DNA of 43,658 nt. Origin: Sandaracinaceae bacterium (GTDB lineage: Bacteria; Myxococcota_A; Polyangia; Polyangiales; Sandaracinaceae). The first letter of the stretch is position 1; every line of letters begins with the position of its first letter. The DNA is taken from the NCBI GenBank assembly GCA_044220955.1, contig JBGAQA010000057.1, positions 1 through 43,658 of the forward strand, written 5' to 3'. A program made the translations under genes and the position numbers. The notes beneath the pieces were generated by a model that was not told where the DNA came from, did no database searches, and saw nothing but the letters and a program-made list of their open reading frames with translations. This document shows, in pieces, positions 16,387 to 25,702 of this stretch.

Positions 16387-19022
16387 CCCACCCACGCACG
16401 AATCGCTGCGCCCGTCGCGGTCCCCGCGCTCACGACATCCCTCGGTGTCCCCGTCGCGAGCACGCGGCCGCCGCCCTCGCCCCCCTCGGGCCCGAGGTCG
16501 ACGACGTGATCGGCGCGGGCGATCACGATCGGGTCGTGCTCGATGACCACGACCGCGTGGCCCTCGTCGGCGAGCCGGTCGAGCACGGCGACCAGCATCT
16601 CGACGTCCGTCGCGTGAAGGCCGGTGGTCGGCTCGTCGAGCACGTAGAGCGTCGTCTCGGTCGAGCGGCGAGAGAGCTCACGCGCGAGGGCCAGGCGCTG
16701 GGCCTCGCCGCCCGAGAGCGTCGTCGCCGCCTGGCCCAGCCGTAGATAGCCGAGGCCCAGCTCGCGCATCGTATCGAGGCGCACCGCGACGTGCCGCTGC
16801 ACGGAGAAGAGCGGGAGCGCCTCGTCCACCGAGAGCGCGAGCACGTCCGCGATCGAGAGGCCCTTCCAGCGCACCTCGAGCGTCTCGCGGTTGTAGCGGC
16901 GGCCCGCGCACTCGGGACAGGTGATCGCGAGATCCGGCAGCAGCTGCATCTCGATCGAGAGGACACCGTCGCCCTTGCAAGTCTCGCAGCGGCCGCCCTT
17001 CACGTTCGACGAGAAGCGAGCGACGCCGTACCCGCGAGCCCGCGCCTCCGGGAGCGAGGCGAACAGATCGCGCAGCGGCGAGAGCAGGCCGACGTAGCTC
17101 GCCGGGGTCGAGCGCGAGGTGCGACCGATCGCGACCTCGTCCACCGCCACCACGCGCGCGATGCTCTCCTGGCCGCCCAGCCGGCCCAGCGCGCTGCACT
17201 CCGTCCGATGCACGTACGCGCGTGCGAGCGGCAGCAGCGTGCCCATCACGAGCGACGACTTGCCGGCGCCCGACACCCCCGTCACCGCCGTGAGCGCGCC
17301 GATCGGAAAGCGGGCGGACACGCCGCGCAGGTTGTGCGTGCGCGCATCGTCGACGGCGAGCGCGCCCGTGCCCCGCCGAGGCCTGCGCGCGGCGGGCGCC
17401 GCGCCGCGCAGGAAAGGGCCCGTCACGCTCGTCGGGCTCGCCGCGAGATCGCCCGCCTTGCCGGACGCGACCACGCGACCACCCAGCACCCCGGCGCCCG
17501 GGCCCATGTCCACGACGTGATCGGCGGCGCGCACCACGTCGAGATCGTGCTCCACGACGAGCACCGTGTTGCCTTGATCGCGCAGCCGCTCCAGCGAGCG
17601 AATCAGGCGCGCGGTGTCGCGCGGGTGCAGGCCCAGCGTCGGCTCGTCGAGGACGTAGAGCACTCCGACGAGCGCTCCCCCGAGGCGCGTCGCGAGCCGC
17701 AGGCGCTGTGCCTCTCCCGAGCTGAGCGTGCTCGACGCGCGCCCGAGCGAGAGGTAGCCGACGCCCACCTCGTCGAGGAACGCGAGCCGCTCCTCGATCT
17801 CCGACAAGAGCGGCGTCGCGATCTCGCGCTCGACGCCCTCGAGCGGCAGCGCGGCGAGTCGGGAGCGGAGCGCGGAGGTGGCGAGCCGATCGAGCTCCGG
17901 GAGCGTGACGCCGCCGACGGTGACGTGCCGTGCCGTCTCGTTGAGCCGTGCCCCACCGCACTCCGGGCACTCGCTCTCGCTCTCGCTCTCGCTCTCGCTC
18001 TCGCTCTCGCTCCTCGCGCTCGCCCTCGCAGTCCGGGAAGCCGCTCCTCGCCCCGCGGCCGCGCCTCGACGACCTGCGCGTCGCTGCGCGCCGTCGACGT
18101 CGCCAGGGGCGGGCCGCGCCTGCGGCCCGCTCTCGCTCTCGCTCTCGCTCCTTCGCCTTCGCCTGCCCGCGATCGCCCCCGCCCCCTCGCAGCGCGGGCA
18201 CGCGCCCTCGGGCGTCGCGAACGAGAAGGTCCGCGGCGTGACCGCCGAGAGCACGATGCCGTCGGTCGTGCACATCGGCCGCTCCGAGAGCAGCTCGCTC
18301 GTGCCATCGGCCCGGACCAGCCGCACGAGGCCGCCGCTCTTCTTCAGCGCGAGCTCGATCGCGTCCGCGAGCCGGCTCCGCGACCCGTCACGAACCACGA
18401 CGCGGTCCACCACCACGTCGAGGTCGTGGGTCTTGTGCGGAGACACCCGCACCTCTTCGCCGAGGTCGACGGCGGCGCCGTCGAGCAGCGCGCGCACGAA
18501 GCCGTCGCGGCGCAGCGCCGCCAGCTCTCTCGCGAGGTCGCCCTTCGCGCCGCGCGCGATCGGCGCTGCGACGACGAGCTTCGCACCCTCGCCCATCGCG
18601 AGGGCCTTGCCGATCATCTGCTCGGCCGTGTGTGCGCGGATCGCCCGCCCGCACTTCGGGCAGTGCGCCTGGCCCGTCCGCGCGAAGAGCACGCGGAGCC
18701 GATCGTGGATCTCGGTGATCGTGCCGACGGTGGAGCGCGGGCTCGCCCGCAGCGGATCCTGGCGCACCGCGATCGCGGGCGAGAGCCCGGTGATCGCGTC
18801 GACGTCGGGCTTGTCCAGCTGCTCGAGGAATTGGCGCGCGTAGCCGTGCAGCGACTCGACGTAGCGTCGCTGTCCCTCGGCGTAGATGGTGTCGAACGCG
18901 AGCGAGCTCTTGCCGGAGCCGCTCGGTCCGGTGATCACCACCAGGGCGCCCCGCGGCAGATCGACGTCGACGCTCTTCAGGTTGTGCTGGCGTGCGCCGC
19001 GGACCGAGAGCACGCCCGCCAT
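16383..19022 (-). CDS. uvrA: Excinuclease ABC subunit A
   Basis: GARQHNLK, GPSGSGKSSLAFDTIYAEGQRRYVESL, LSSGEAQR, GVSGAGKSS, LSGGEAQR, LDEPTTGLH, CxxC zinc motifs. Confidence 0.95.
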   Translation of the reverse strand: MAGVLSVRGARQHNLKSVDVDLPRGALVVITGPSGSGKSSLAFDTIYAEGQRRYVESLHGYARQFLEQLDKPDVDAITGLSPAIAVRQDPLRASPRSTVGTITEIHDRLRVLFARTGQAHCPKCGRAIRAHTAEQMIGKALAMGEGAKLVVAAPIARGAKGDLARELAALRRDGFVRALLDGAAVDLGEEVRVSPHKTHDLDVVVDRVVVRDGSRSRLADAIELALKKSGGLVRLVRADGTSELLSERPMCTTDGIVLSAVTPRTFSFATPEGACPRCEGAGAIAGRRRRRSESESESGPQARPAPGDVDGAQRRAGRRGAAAGRGAASRTARASARSESESESESESESECPECGGARLNETARHVTVGGVTLPELDRLATSALRSRLAALPLEGVEREIATPLLSEIEERLAFLDEVGVGYLSLGRASSTLSSGEAQRLRLATRLGGALVGVLYVLDEPTLGLHPRDTARLIRSLERLRDQGNTVLVVEHDLDVVRAADHVVDMGPGAGVLGGRVVASGKAGDLAASPTSVTGPFLRGAAPAARRPRRGTGALAVDDARTHNLRGVSARFPIGALTAVTGVSGAGKSSLVMGTLLPLARAYVHRTECSALGRLGGQESIARVVAVDEVAIGRTSRSTPASYVGLLSPLRDLFASLPEARARGYGVARFSSNVKGGRCETCKGDGVLSIEMQLLPDLAITCPECAGRRYNRETLEVRWKGLSIADVLALSVDEALPLFSVQRHVAVRLDTMRELGLGYLRLGQAATTLSGGEAQRLALARELSRRSTETTLYVLDEPTTGLHATDVEMLVAVLDRLADEGHAVVVIEHDPIVIARADHVVDLGPEGGEGGGRVLATGTPRDVVSAGTATGAAIRAWVG
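17970..18150. repeat. Two in-frame hexamer tracts inside uvrA (about 7 and 3.5 units) encoding (SE)n
   Basis: 17970-18012 and 18128-18150, read directly. Confidence 0.9.
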
Positions 19023-19023
19023 C

Positions 19024-19962
19024 TCAGGCTCCGACGAGCCGGAGCGCGAGCTCGGCCGCCGCGATCATGCCGGACGACTCGATCTTCCCCGTGCGCGCCG
19101 CCTCGTAGCCCACGCCGTGATCCACGCTCGTGCGGACGAAGGGCAGGCCCCAGGTCACGTTCACCGCGTGGCCCCAGTCGAGCAGCTTGGAGGCGATGGT
19201 CGCCTGGTCGTGCATCATCGTGACGACCCCCGCGATGCGGGCGTCGGCGGCCGCCCGGAAGGCCGCCTCGGTCGGGGTGGGGCCCTCGAGCACGAGCGCG
19301 CCGTCGGCGAACGGCGCGCGCCCGCGGGACCGAACGATGGCTGGCAGGATCGCGCGCGGCTCCTCGTCCCCGAAGAGCCCGTCCTCCCCCGCGTGGGGGT
19401 TGAGGCCGGTGACGACGAGGCGAGCGCCTCGCGCGACGCCGAGACGGACGAGCGCGGCCCCGAGGTGCGCGATGGTGCGCGCGACGCGCTCGGTCGTGAG
19501 CGCGTCCGGCACCTCGGCGACCGCGAGGTGCGTGGTCACGAGGGCGACCTTGAGCCGAGGCCCGAGGAACATCATCGTGACGTCGTCGTCCCGGAGGCCC
19601 GCCCGGCGCGCGAGGTGCTCCGTCTGCCCGACGAAGGCGTGGCCGACGCGGGTGATCGCCGCCTTGTTCACCGGCGCGGTGACGATCGCGTCGGCGCGAC
19701 CGGCGAGCACCTCGTCGATCGCCCGGTCGAGCGCCACGACCTGCGCGCGTCCCCCCTCGTCCGTCGCGGCGTGCGCCTCGATCGCGGCGCGCGAGACCCG
19801 ACCGACGTCGATCACCTCGAGCTCCGGCGCGAGCGCGCGAAGCTGCGCCGCGTCGCCCGCGAGCGTCACGTGCGCGCGTCCCGCCACGGCGCGCGCGGCC
19901 TCGACCGACACCACCGGCCCGACACCTGCCGGATCGCCGGCGGGGATCACGAGCCGCCTCAC
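19024..19962 (-). CDS. pdxA: 4-hydroxythreonine-4-phosphate dehydrogenase (PdxA family)
   Basis: GDPAGVGP, VTAPVNK, GQTEHLA, LVTTH, GLNPHAGE, HDQ, GLPFVRTSVDHG; GTG overlaps the upstream TGA. Confidence 0.92.
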   Translation of the reverse strand: MRRLVIPAGDPAGVGPVVSVEAARAVAGRAHVTLAGDAAQLRALAPELEVIDVGRVSRAAIEAHAATDEGGRAQVVALDRAIDEVLAGRADAIVTAPVNKAAITRVGHAFVGQTEHLARRAGLRDDDVTMMFLGPRLKVALVTTHLAVAEVPDALTTERVARTIAHLGAALVRLGVARGARLVVTGLNPHAGEDGLFGDEEPRAILPAIVRSRGRAPFADGALVLEGPTPTEAAFRAAADARIAGVVTMMHDQATIASKLLDWGHAVNVTWGLPFVRTSVDHGVGYEAARTGKIESSGMIAAAELALRLVGA

Positions 19963-20642
19963 GGCGCGCCGCGCATCTTGTAGCCGACGCCGCGCACCGT
20001 CTCGAGCGGGTCGGCGCCCTGGGCGAGCTTCATCCGCAGGCGCCGCACGTGGATGTCCACCGTGCGCGAGCCACCGTAGTAGTCGACGCCCCAGACGCGC
20101 TCGAGCAGCTGCTGGCGCGAGAACACACGCCCGCGGTTTCGAGCGAGGAACTCGAGGAGCGCGTACTCCTGGTGGGTGAGGATCACGGCCCGGCCGTCGA
20201 CCTTCACCTCGTGCGCGGCGCAGTCGACCACGAGCGGCCCGACCTTCAGCGTGTCGGCGTCGGTGAACTCGCTCGTTCGCCACTCGGCGCGGCGGATGCG
20301 GACGTAGAGCTCGACGGGGACGTAGGGGACGAGCACCAGGTCGTCGAAGGCATCCTCGGCCGCGAGGCGCTGCAGCGCCGGCACCGTGACGGCCGCGAGC
20401 ATCGGGACGTCGCTGAGCGCCGGTGCGCGACGCAGGCGCGCCAGGGCCGCGCGGCCCGCCTCGATCTGATCGAGCACCTCGATCACGACGGCGGCCGGCG
20501 GGTCCTTGGTGAGGGCCTCGTCGGACTCGAGCGGATCCCAGAGGTCCGCCGCGCGCACCCGGCAGCCGAGCTCGCGCAGGGTGGCGAGCCCACCGTCGGG
20601 GCGGTCGACGAGCTGCGGGCTGGCGACGACGAGGATCCACAT
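19959..20642 (-). CDS. OmpR/PhoB-family winged-helix regulator with atypical receiver
   Basis: LTHQEYALLEFL..VFSRQQLLERVWG..RTVDIHVRRLRMKL..LETVRGVGY. Confidence 0.9.
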   Translation of the reverse strand: MWILVVASPQLVDRPDGGLATLRELGCRVRAADLWDPLESDEALTKDPPAAVVIEVLDQIEAGRAALARLRRAPALSDVPMLAAVTVPALQRLAAEDAFDDLVLVPYVPVELYVRIRRAEWRTSEFTDADTLKVGPLVVDCAAHEVKVDGRAVILTHQEYALLEFLARNRGRVFSRQQLLERVWGVDYYGGSRTVDIHVRRLRMKLAQGADPLETVRGVGYKMRGAP

Positions 20643-20709
20643 GAGGATCCCGCGCGATGTAGCGATCCCGGGGCCATGACGCAACGTGGCAGGAGGGTTC
20701 GCACCGGGC

Positions 20710-20739
20710 TTGACGCGATACGACGCGGGCCCGTAGAAG
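20710..20739 (+). promoter_or_regulatory. Candidate sigma70-type promoter for the GAF protein gene
   Basis: TTGACG-18 nt-TAGAAG; imperfect -10. Confidence 0.35.
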
Positions 20740-20766
20740 GAAGACCTACTTGGGAATCGCGCGTCC

Positions 20767-22692
20767 GTGAGCCAAAAACGCTGGAAGCTCGTGGTGAGTG
20801 AGCTCGGCCAGGCCGTCACGCTCCACGAAGTCGTGGTCGACGCGGGCGACTGGATGACCGCGCTGACGCGTGCCCGCGCGCAGATCGGCGAGCGGGGCGG
20901 GGTTCCGCCCGGGGCGAGCTGCCAGATCGCCCCCGACGGGACGGCCGCGATCACCGACGCGGTCGCCCGCCGCAAGTACGTCGTCGCCCCGACCCACGAG
21001 TCCAAGGCGCCCCCGGCCGCCGCGCCCGCGCCCGCGCCGGCTCCGGCAGCGCCGCTCACGAAGAAGCAGAAGAGCCAGACGATGGCGTACATGCCGGGCA
21101 CGCACGGGCCTGCCGCCGCTTCGATCGCCGTGGGCGCGCCCGCGTCGGTGCACGCGCCCGCAGCCAAGCAGAGCTACTCGACGCCCGAGGTGCGCGCGGC
21201 GGCCCAGGCCGTCCAGTCGAGCCCACCCGCGCCAGCCGCGCCGATCGCGAGCGCGCCGGCGCCAGCGCGCCCGGCTTCCGTGCCGCCGCCCGCGGCGGTG
21301 ATGCCGCTGAGCAAGAAGCAGAAGCAGCAGACCATGGCGTACATGCCTGCCGAGGCCGTGAAGGCGATGCAGGACGCGGTCGCAGCGGCACAGGCCTCCG
21401 CCCCGCCTGCAGCCACCGCGGCCAGCGCCGCGCCCCCGCCCGCCGCCGCCCCCGGGAGCGCTCCCCCCGCGGCCGCCGTTTCCGGCGCGCCGAGCGCCCC
21501 GCCCGCCGCGCCGAGCGCGGCCCCCGCTGCGACCGACGACGGGCTCGAGCTGCTGCACGCGCGCGACGCCGAGCCGACGAAGGAGTCGCCGCTCGCGTAC
21601 CGCGAGCGCCACTACCTGCTCCCGCCCGGCGCGGGGCCCGACGACGCGGAGATGCTGCTGCGGCGCCGCTTCGCCGCGCTCCGCGAGGAGCTGGCGGCGC
21701 GCCCGAAGGGCAAGCTCGTGAAGATGGCGGTCTTCGACCATCGCTGGACCGGGCAGCCCACACGGCCGCCGGTGCTGGCGCTGCAGTGGAAGGACTGGCG
21801 CGGGGAGCCCGAGATCACCGCGCCAGCGCGCGTGTCTGCCCCGAGCGCGGTGGCGCCCCTGGTGTCGCTGCCACCGGCGGTGGTGCCCGCGCCCGCGCCG
21901 ACGCCGTCGATCGTGGTCGACCCCGCGCTCACCGCACCGCCGGCGCCCGCCCCCGCCGCCCCCGCCGCGCCGTCCATCGTCGTCGACCCCTCGCTCGTCG
22001 CCGCCACGCCCCTCGCTGCCGCGCCGCAGGCGGCCCCTGTCAAGCCGGCCGCGACCCTGCCCGCCCAGCCCGCCGTCGCCCCGCTCGTCGCGAGCGGCTC
22101 GTCCAAGCGCTCGCGCAAGCCCACGCCCGGGGGCGGCGCGGCCATCGCGGACGACCGCCTCGCCGACGCGTTCGAGGGTCTGCAGGATCTCTTCTTCCTC
22201 ACCAGCGCGTTCGAGGGCGTCGAGTTCACGATGCGCCTCGTCACCGACCTCATCCCCTGCGAGGCCACGAGCGTCGCGCTCTACGACATCAACTCGCACG
22301 AGCTGCGCTTCGTCGCGACGACCGGCACCGGCGGCGAGGAACGCAAGGGCGACGCGATCCCGACGACCGCCGGCCTCATCGGCGCCGCGCTCTCCGACTG
22401 GTACCGCGCGCTCTCGATCCCCGACGTCGGCGCCGACGCGCGCTTCGATCCCGGGATCGACGGGCGGGTCGGCCTCGACCTGCACAACATGCTGCTCGTG
22501 CCGGTCGCGGCACAGGGCCGCCTGCTCGCGCTCGTGCAGCTCATCAACCGGACCGGTGATCTCCAGTTCTCTCAGGCCGACGCGAACCTGCTCAGCTACG
22601 TCACGAGCCGGCTGGGCGAGTTCCTCATCCAGACGAAGATGGCCGCCGACCGCCAGACGCAGCCCAAGACCCCGAAGAACGTGCGCAAGTAG
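20767..22692 (+). CDS. GAF-domain protein with Pro/Ala-rich linkers
   Basis: C-terminal IPCEATSVALYDINSHELRFV..DVGADARFDPGID..NMLLVPV..LVQLINR..FSQADANLL. Confidence 0.85.
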   Translation: MSQKRWKLVVSELGQAVTLHEVVVDAGDWMTALTRARAQIGERGGVPPGASCQIAPDGTAAITDAVARRKYVVAPTHESKAPPAAAPAPAPAPAAPLTKKQKSQTMAYMPGTHGPAAASIAVGAPASVHAPAAKQSYSTPEVRAAAQAVQSSPPAPAAPIASAPAPARPASVPPPAAVMPLSKKQKQQTMAYMPAEAVKAMQDAVAAAQASAPPAATAASAAPPPAAAPGSAPPAAAVSGAPSAPPAAPSAAPAATDDGLELLHARDAEPTKESPLAYRERHYLLPPGAGPDDAEMLLRRRFAALREELAARPKGKLVKMAVFDHRWTGQPTRPPVLALQWKDWRGEPEITAPARVSAPSAVAPLVSLPPAVVPAPAPTPSIVVDPALTAPPAPAPAAPAAPSIVVDPSLVAATPLAAAPQAAPVKPAATLPAQPAVAPLVASGSSKRSRKPTPGGGAAIADDRLADAFEGLQDLFFLTSAFEGVEFTMRLVTDLIPCEATSVALYDINSHELRFVATTGTGGEERKGDAIPTTAGLIGAALSDWYRALSIPDVGADARFDPGIDGRVGLDLHNMLLVPVAAQGRLLALVQLINRTGDLQFSQADANLLSYVTSRLGEFLIQTKMAADRQTQPKTPKNVRK

Positions 22693-22706
22693 CGCGCGGC
22701 GAGACG

Positions 22707-22853
22707 ATGATCGACCCCTACGAAGCGCAGCTGCGAGCCGAGAAGCGGCGCGCTCTGGGCGTCGTCGCCGTCATCCTGCTCGTCGTGCTGATCGGCCTCT
22801 GCGTGTTCGTCAACGAGGCGGCGCACGGGTACGCGAGCATGTTCGCCCGCTGA
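22707..22853 (+). CDS. 48-aa single-TM small protein (below the ORF-track cut-off)
   Basis: MIDPYEAQLRAEKRRALGVVAVILLVVLIGLCVFVNEAAHGYASMFAR; ATG 14 nt after the GAF gene stop. Confidence 0.65.
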   Translation: MIDPYEAQLRAEKRRALGVVAVILLVVLIGLCVFVNEAAHGYASMFAR

Positions 22854-22888
22854 GCGCGAGGCGCCCCTCTGGCCCTCCGCGCGGCGCG

Positions 22889-24166
22889 TCAGCGGGTCTG
22901 GCGGACCATCGCTCGCGTCCAGCCGCTCACCGACGTCGGGCCGCCGGTGCGCACGACGTCGAGCGCCTCGCGAGTGGTGGGCCCCTCGGACGCGGAGAGG
23001 TACGTGTCGGCGAGGTACTCCGGGTGCGTGTCGCCCGCCTCCGCCACGTAGCCAGCGGGCGCCGGTCCGCCGCCGCCGACGCGCCAGATCTCGTCCGTCG
23101 GCGGGTAGCTGCTCTCGTCGCGCTCGCGCAGCGCCTGGTTCAGCGCCAGGTCGCGCACCGTGCGGTAGCGCGTGATGCGGAAGCCCGGCACGCCGCGCTG
23201 GCGCAGCACGCGGACGCCCGCGGGCAGGGTGACGTCCCGCTCCTCGCGCACGCCGAACGGCAGCGTCTCGTCGATACGACGCGCGAACGTGACGAGCCGC
23301 GACGCACGCTCGCCGCGGATCTCGGCGCGCAGCACCCCGCCCTCCATGGTCATGCCGATCACGATGGGGAAAGGCAGGTCGTTGCGGAACCGCAGGCCCA
23401 TCCCGCCGTAGGTGACCATCGCGTCGAGGCCCATCCACAGGTACGCGCTCGGACGGCTGTGCGGGTGCCGCTCGGTGATGGGCAGGCCCGCGAAGAGCGC
23501 AGCGGCGTGCAGCGTCCCGGCGACCTGACAGGTGCCGCCGCCCACGCCGTCCACGACCTCGCCGCTGGCGATCTGAGGCGCCGGGCGGAAGCCGTTCACC
23601 TCGCTGCGCTCGCCCACGACGTCGTCGAACACCAGCTCGTCCCCCGGCATGAGCACGGTCCCATCGACGTGCATCGCGGCGACGCGGAGGTTGAACGTAC
23701 GGTTCTCCGCCTCGGGCATCGACGAGTAGTGCGTCTCGAAGAACCCGAGGAGCGCGTCGATGCGGACGGCGCCCAGCTGCGCCGCGGTGTGCGTCGGCGT
23801 CGTGGTGACGACGACCGCCTCGACGCGCGTCTCGCCCGCGCGAAGCGCCTGCTCCACGCGATCGAGCGTGGCGTGGACGTCGAGCCGCCGTCCGGTCCGC
23901 TCCCGCGTCACGTGTCCACTGCGAGGATCGATGCGCGCGTCGGCGGGCGCGGCGTCGATCCCCTCCCGCGCGGCGTCGAGGCGCGCGAGCAGCACTGCCG
24001 GCTCGAGCGTCGGGTCGAGGGGCAAGTCGGCCGGCCTGCCCGGCGCCCGGTGCGAGTGGTGGGCGGCGAGCAGCGAGCGCGGCTCGCGCGCACGCGCGAT
24101 CCGAGCCGCGAGCGCCTCCTCGTCGATGCCGCCCCCGAGCGCGGCGCGGCTGCCCTCGATCGTCAC
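22889..24166 (-). CDS. VanW family protein, probably 5'-truncated
   Basis: NRTFNLRVAA..DGTVLMPG..FDDVVGER..GVGGGTCQVAGTLHAAALFAGL..HPHSRPSAY..LRFRN, G5-like domain; no signal or TM at the N-terminus. Confidence 0.85.
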   Translation of the reverse strand: MTIEGSRAALGGGIDEEALAARIARAREPRSLLAAHHSHRAPGRPADLPLDPTLEPAVLLARLDAAREGIDAAPADARIDPRSGHVTRERTGRRLDVHATLDRVEQALRAGETRVEAVVVTTTPTHTAAQLGAVRIDALLGFFETHYSSMPEAENRTFNLRVAAMHVDGTVLMPGDELVFDDVVGERSEVNGFRPAPQIASGEVVDGVGGGTCQVAGTLHAAALFAGLPITERHPHSRPSAYLWMGLDAMVTYGGMGLRFRNDLPFPIVIGMTMEGGVLRAEIRGERASRLVTFARRIDETLPFGVREERDVTLPAGVRVLRQRGVPGFRITRYRTVRDLALNQALRERDESSYPPTDEIWRVGGGGPAPAGYVAEAGDTHPEYLADTYLSASEGPTTREALDVVRTGGPTSVSGWTRAMVRQTR

Positions 24167-24215
24167 GTCGCCGAACGGCGGGATCGCGTAGCCGCGGTGG
24201 GCGAAGCTCGCGGGC

Positions 24216-24404
24216 GTGCCGTCGATCGCCCGCCTGCACGACGCCCGCCTGATCGTCGACGATCAGATCTCGTCCGTCGACGGCGACGCGCGGCTCACGC
24301 TCGACCTCGTCCGCGGTGCCGTCCACCTCGAGGACGGTGCCGGTCTCACGCAAGTGAGCGTCGACGTCGCGCTCGACCCGACCGGTCCGACGACCGACAT
24401 CTGA
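24216..24404 (+). pseudogene. 3' fragment of an unknown gene
   Basis: 62-aa beta-rich coding-like stretch ending in TGA; in-frame TAG at 24189; no RBS. Confidence 0.4.
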
Positions 24405-24497
24405 AGAGCTGTCCCGAGATCGGGACGGCTCTTCTCGGCCGTGCGTCGGCCCCGCCCACGTTGCGCCCGCCGCCTGCCGGCGGGACACTCGCGCGCC

Positions 24498-25619
24498 ATG
24501 CGTGACGCTCCTCGGGCTCGCCTCGCTCTCGCGGTGTTTCTCCTCGCAGCCGGCGCCTGCAGCGGCGGCGATGCGGCTCCGGACGGCGTCGACGCGGGCA
24601 CCGACCTTCTCGACGCGACCGTGGGCGACGACACCGGCCTCGACGCGGGATCGAGCCTCGAGCCGGACGCGTTCGCGGGCGACGATGCCGGCGCGCCGGG
24701 CTGCGGCGCGGGGCCGGCCTGCGAGGCGCCGTTCACCTGCGGCGCGGGAGGCTACTGCGTGAGCGCGACCGGCGTGCCCGCGTTCGAGCACGTCTACGTC
24801 GCGATCTTCGAGAACCGCTCGCTGACCTCCGTGAGGGGACACGCGCCGTACCTCGATGGCCTCGCCGCGGCCGGCGCGTCGGCGTCGAACTACGTCTCCA
24901 TCGGCCACCCGAGCCTTCCCAACTACATCGCGATGACGTCGGGCGACACGTGGGGCGACATGTGCGACTGCGATCCCGGCGCGACCCACGACTGCAGCGC
25001 GCTCACGTGCAGCATCGTCGGGGGCTTCTGCAGCTGCGAGCACGACGTGACGCACCTGGCCGATCAGCTGGAGGCGGCCGGGATCTCGTGGCGCGAGTAC
25101 GGCGAGGGGATGGGAACGCCCTGCCACGCGATGGACGTGAGCGCGACGCACTACGCCGCGCGCCACCTCCCTTTCCTCTACTACGCGAACGTCCTGTCCG
25201 ACGCGACGCGCTGCGCCGATCACGTGCGCGACTTCGCCGACTTCGCCGGCGATCTCGGCAGCTACCGGTTCACGATGATCTCGCCCAACCTGTGCAGCGA
25301 CATGCACGACCTCTGCGGCGGCAACCCGGTCGCGCACGGCGACGACTGGGCGAGCGCGAACCTCGCGCCGATCCTGACGCAGCCTGGCTTCGCCGAGGGC
25401 GGCCGCGACGTCCTCTTCGTCGTCTGGGACGAGGAGGACAACAGCATCGGGAGCGCCCCGATCCCGTTCATCGTGGTCTCGCCGCTCGCCACGGCGGGGA
25501 GCGTCACGGCGATGCGCTACGATCACTATGCGCTGCTCGCGACGTGGGAGGACGGCCTCGGCCTCGACCGGCTGGGACACGCCGTCGGTGCCCCGGCGAT
25601 CGCGGACATCTGGCGCTGA
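24498..25619 (+). CDS. Phosphoesterase family lipoprotein (acid phosphatase / phospholipase C-like)
   Basis: Lipobox AAGA-C; FEHVYVAIFENRS, HPSLPNYIAMTSG, ARHLPF, PNLCSDMHD, VVWDE, YDHYALLAT. Confidence 0.9.
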   Translation: MRDAPRARLALAVFLLAAGACSGGDAAPDGVDAGTDLLDATVGDDTGLDAGSSLEPDAFAGDDAGAPGCGAGPACEAPFTCGAGGYCVSATGVPAFEHVYVAIFENRSLTSVRGHAPYLDGLAAAGASASNYVSIGHPSLPNYIAMTSGDTWGDMCDCDPGATHDCSALTCSIVGGFCSCEHDVTHLADQLEAAGISWREYGEGMGTPCHAMDVSATHYAARHLPFLYYANVLSDATRCADHVRDFADFAGDLGSYRFTMISPNLCSDMHDLCGGNPVAHGDDWASANLAPILTQPGFAEGGRDVLFVVWDEEDNSIGSAPIPFIVVSPLATAGSVTAMRYDHYALLATWEDGLGLDRLGHAVGAPAIADIWR

Positions 25620-25702
25620 ACCGCCTCGGACGGCGCTCGGGGCCGCGCGATTCAAAGTGATCTCGGCCAGACCGGCACGCCGCCCCGCCCGTCGGATGGG
25701 CG

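Noticed and set aside
22889..24166. vanW as a vancomycin resistance locus
   Set aside because: No vanHAX or vanRS genes; solo VanW-domain genes are widespread.
24155..24230. GATC sites near junctions suggesting restriction-ligation chimeras
   Set aside because: GATC is very frequent here and other junctions (e.g. ~43510) lack it.
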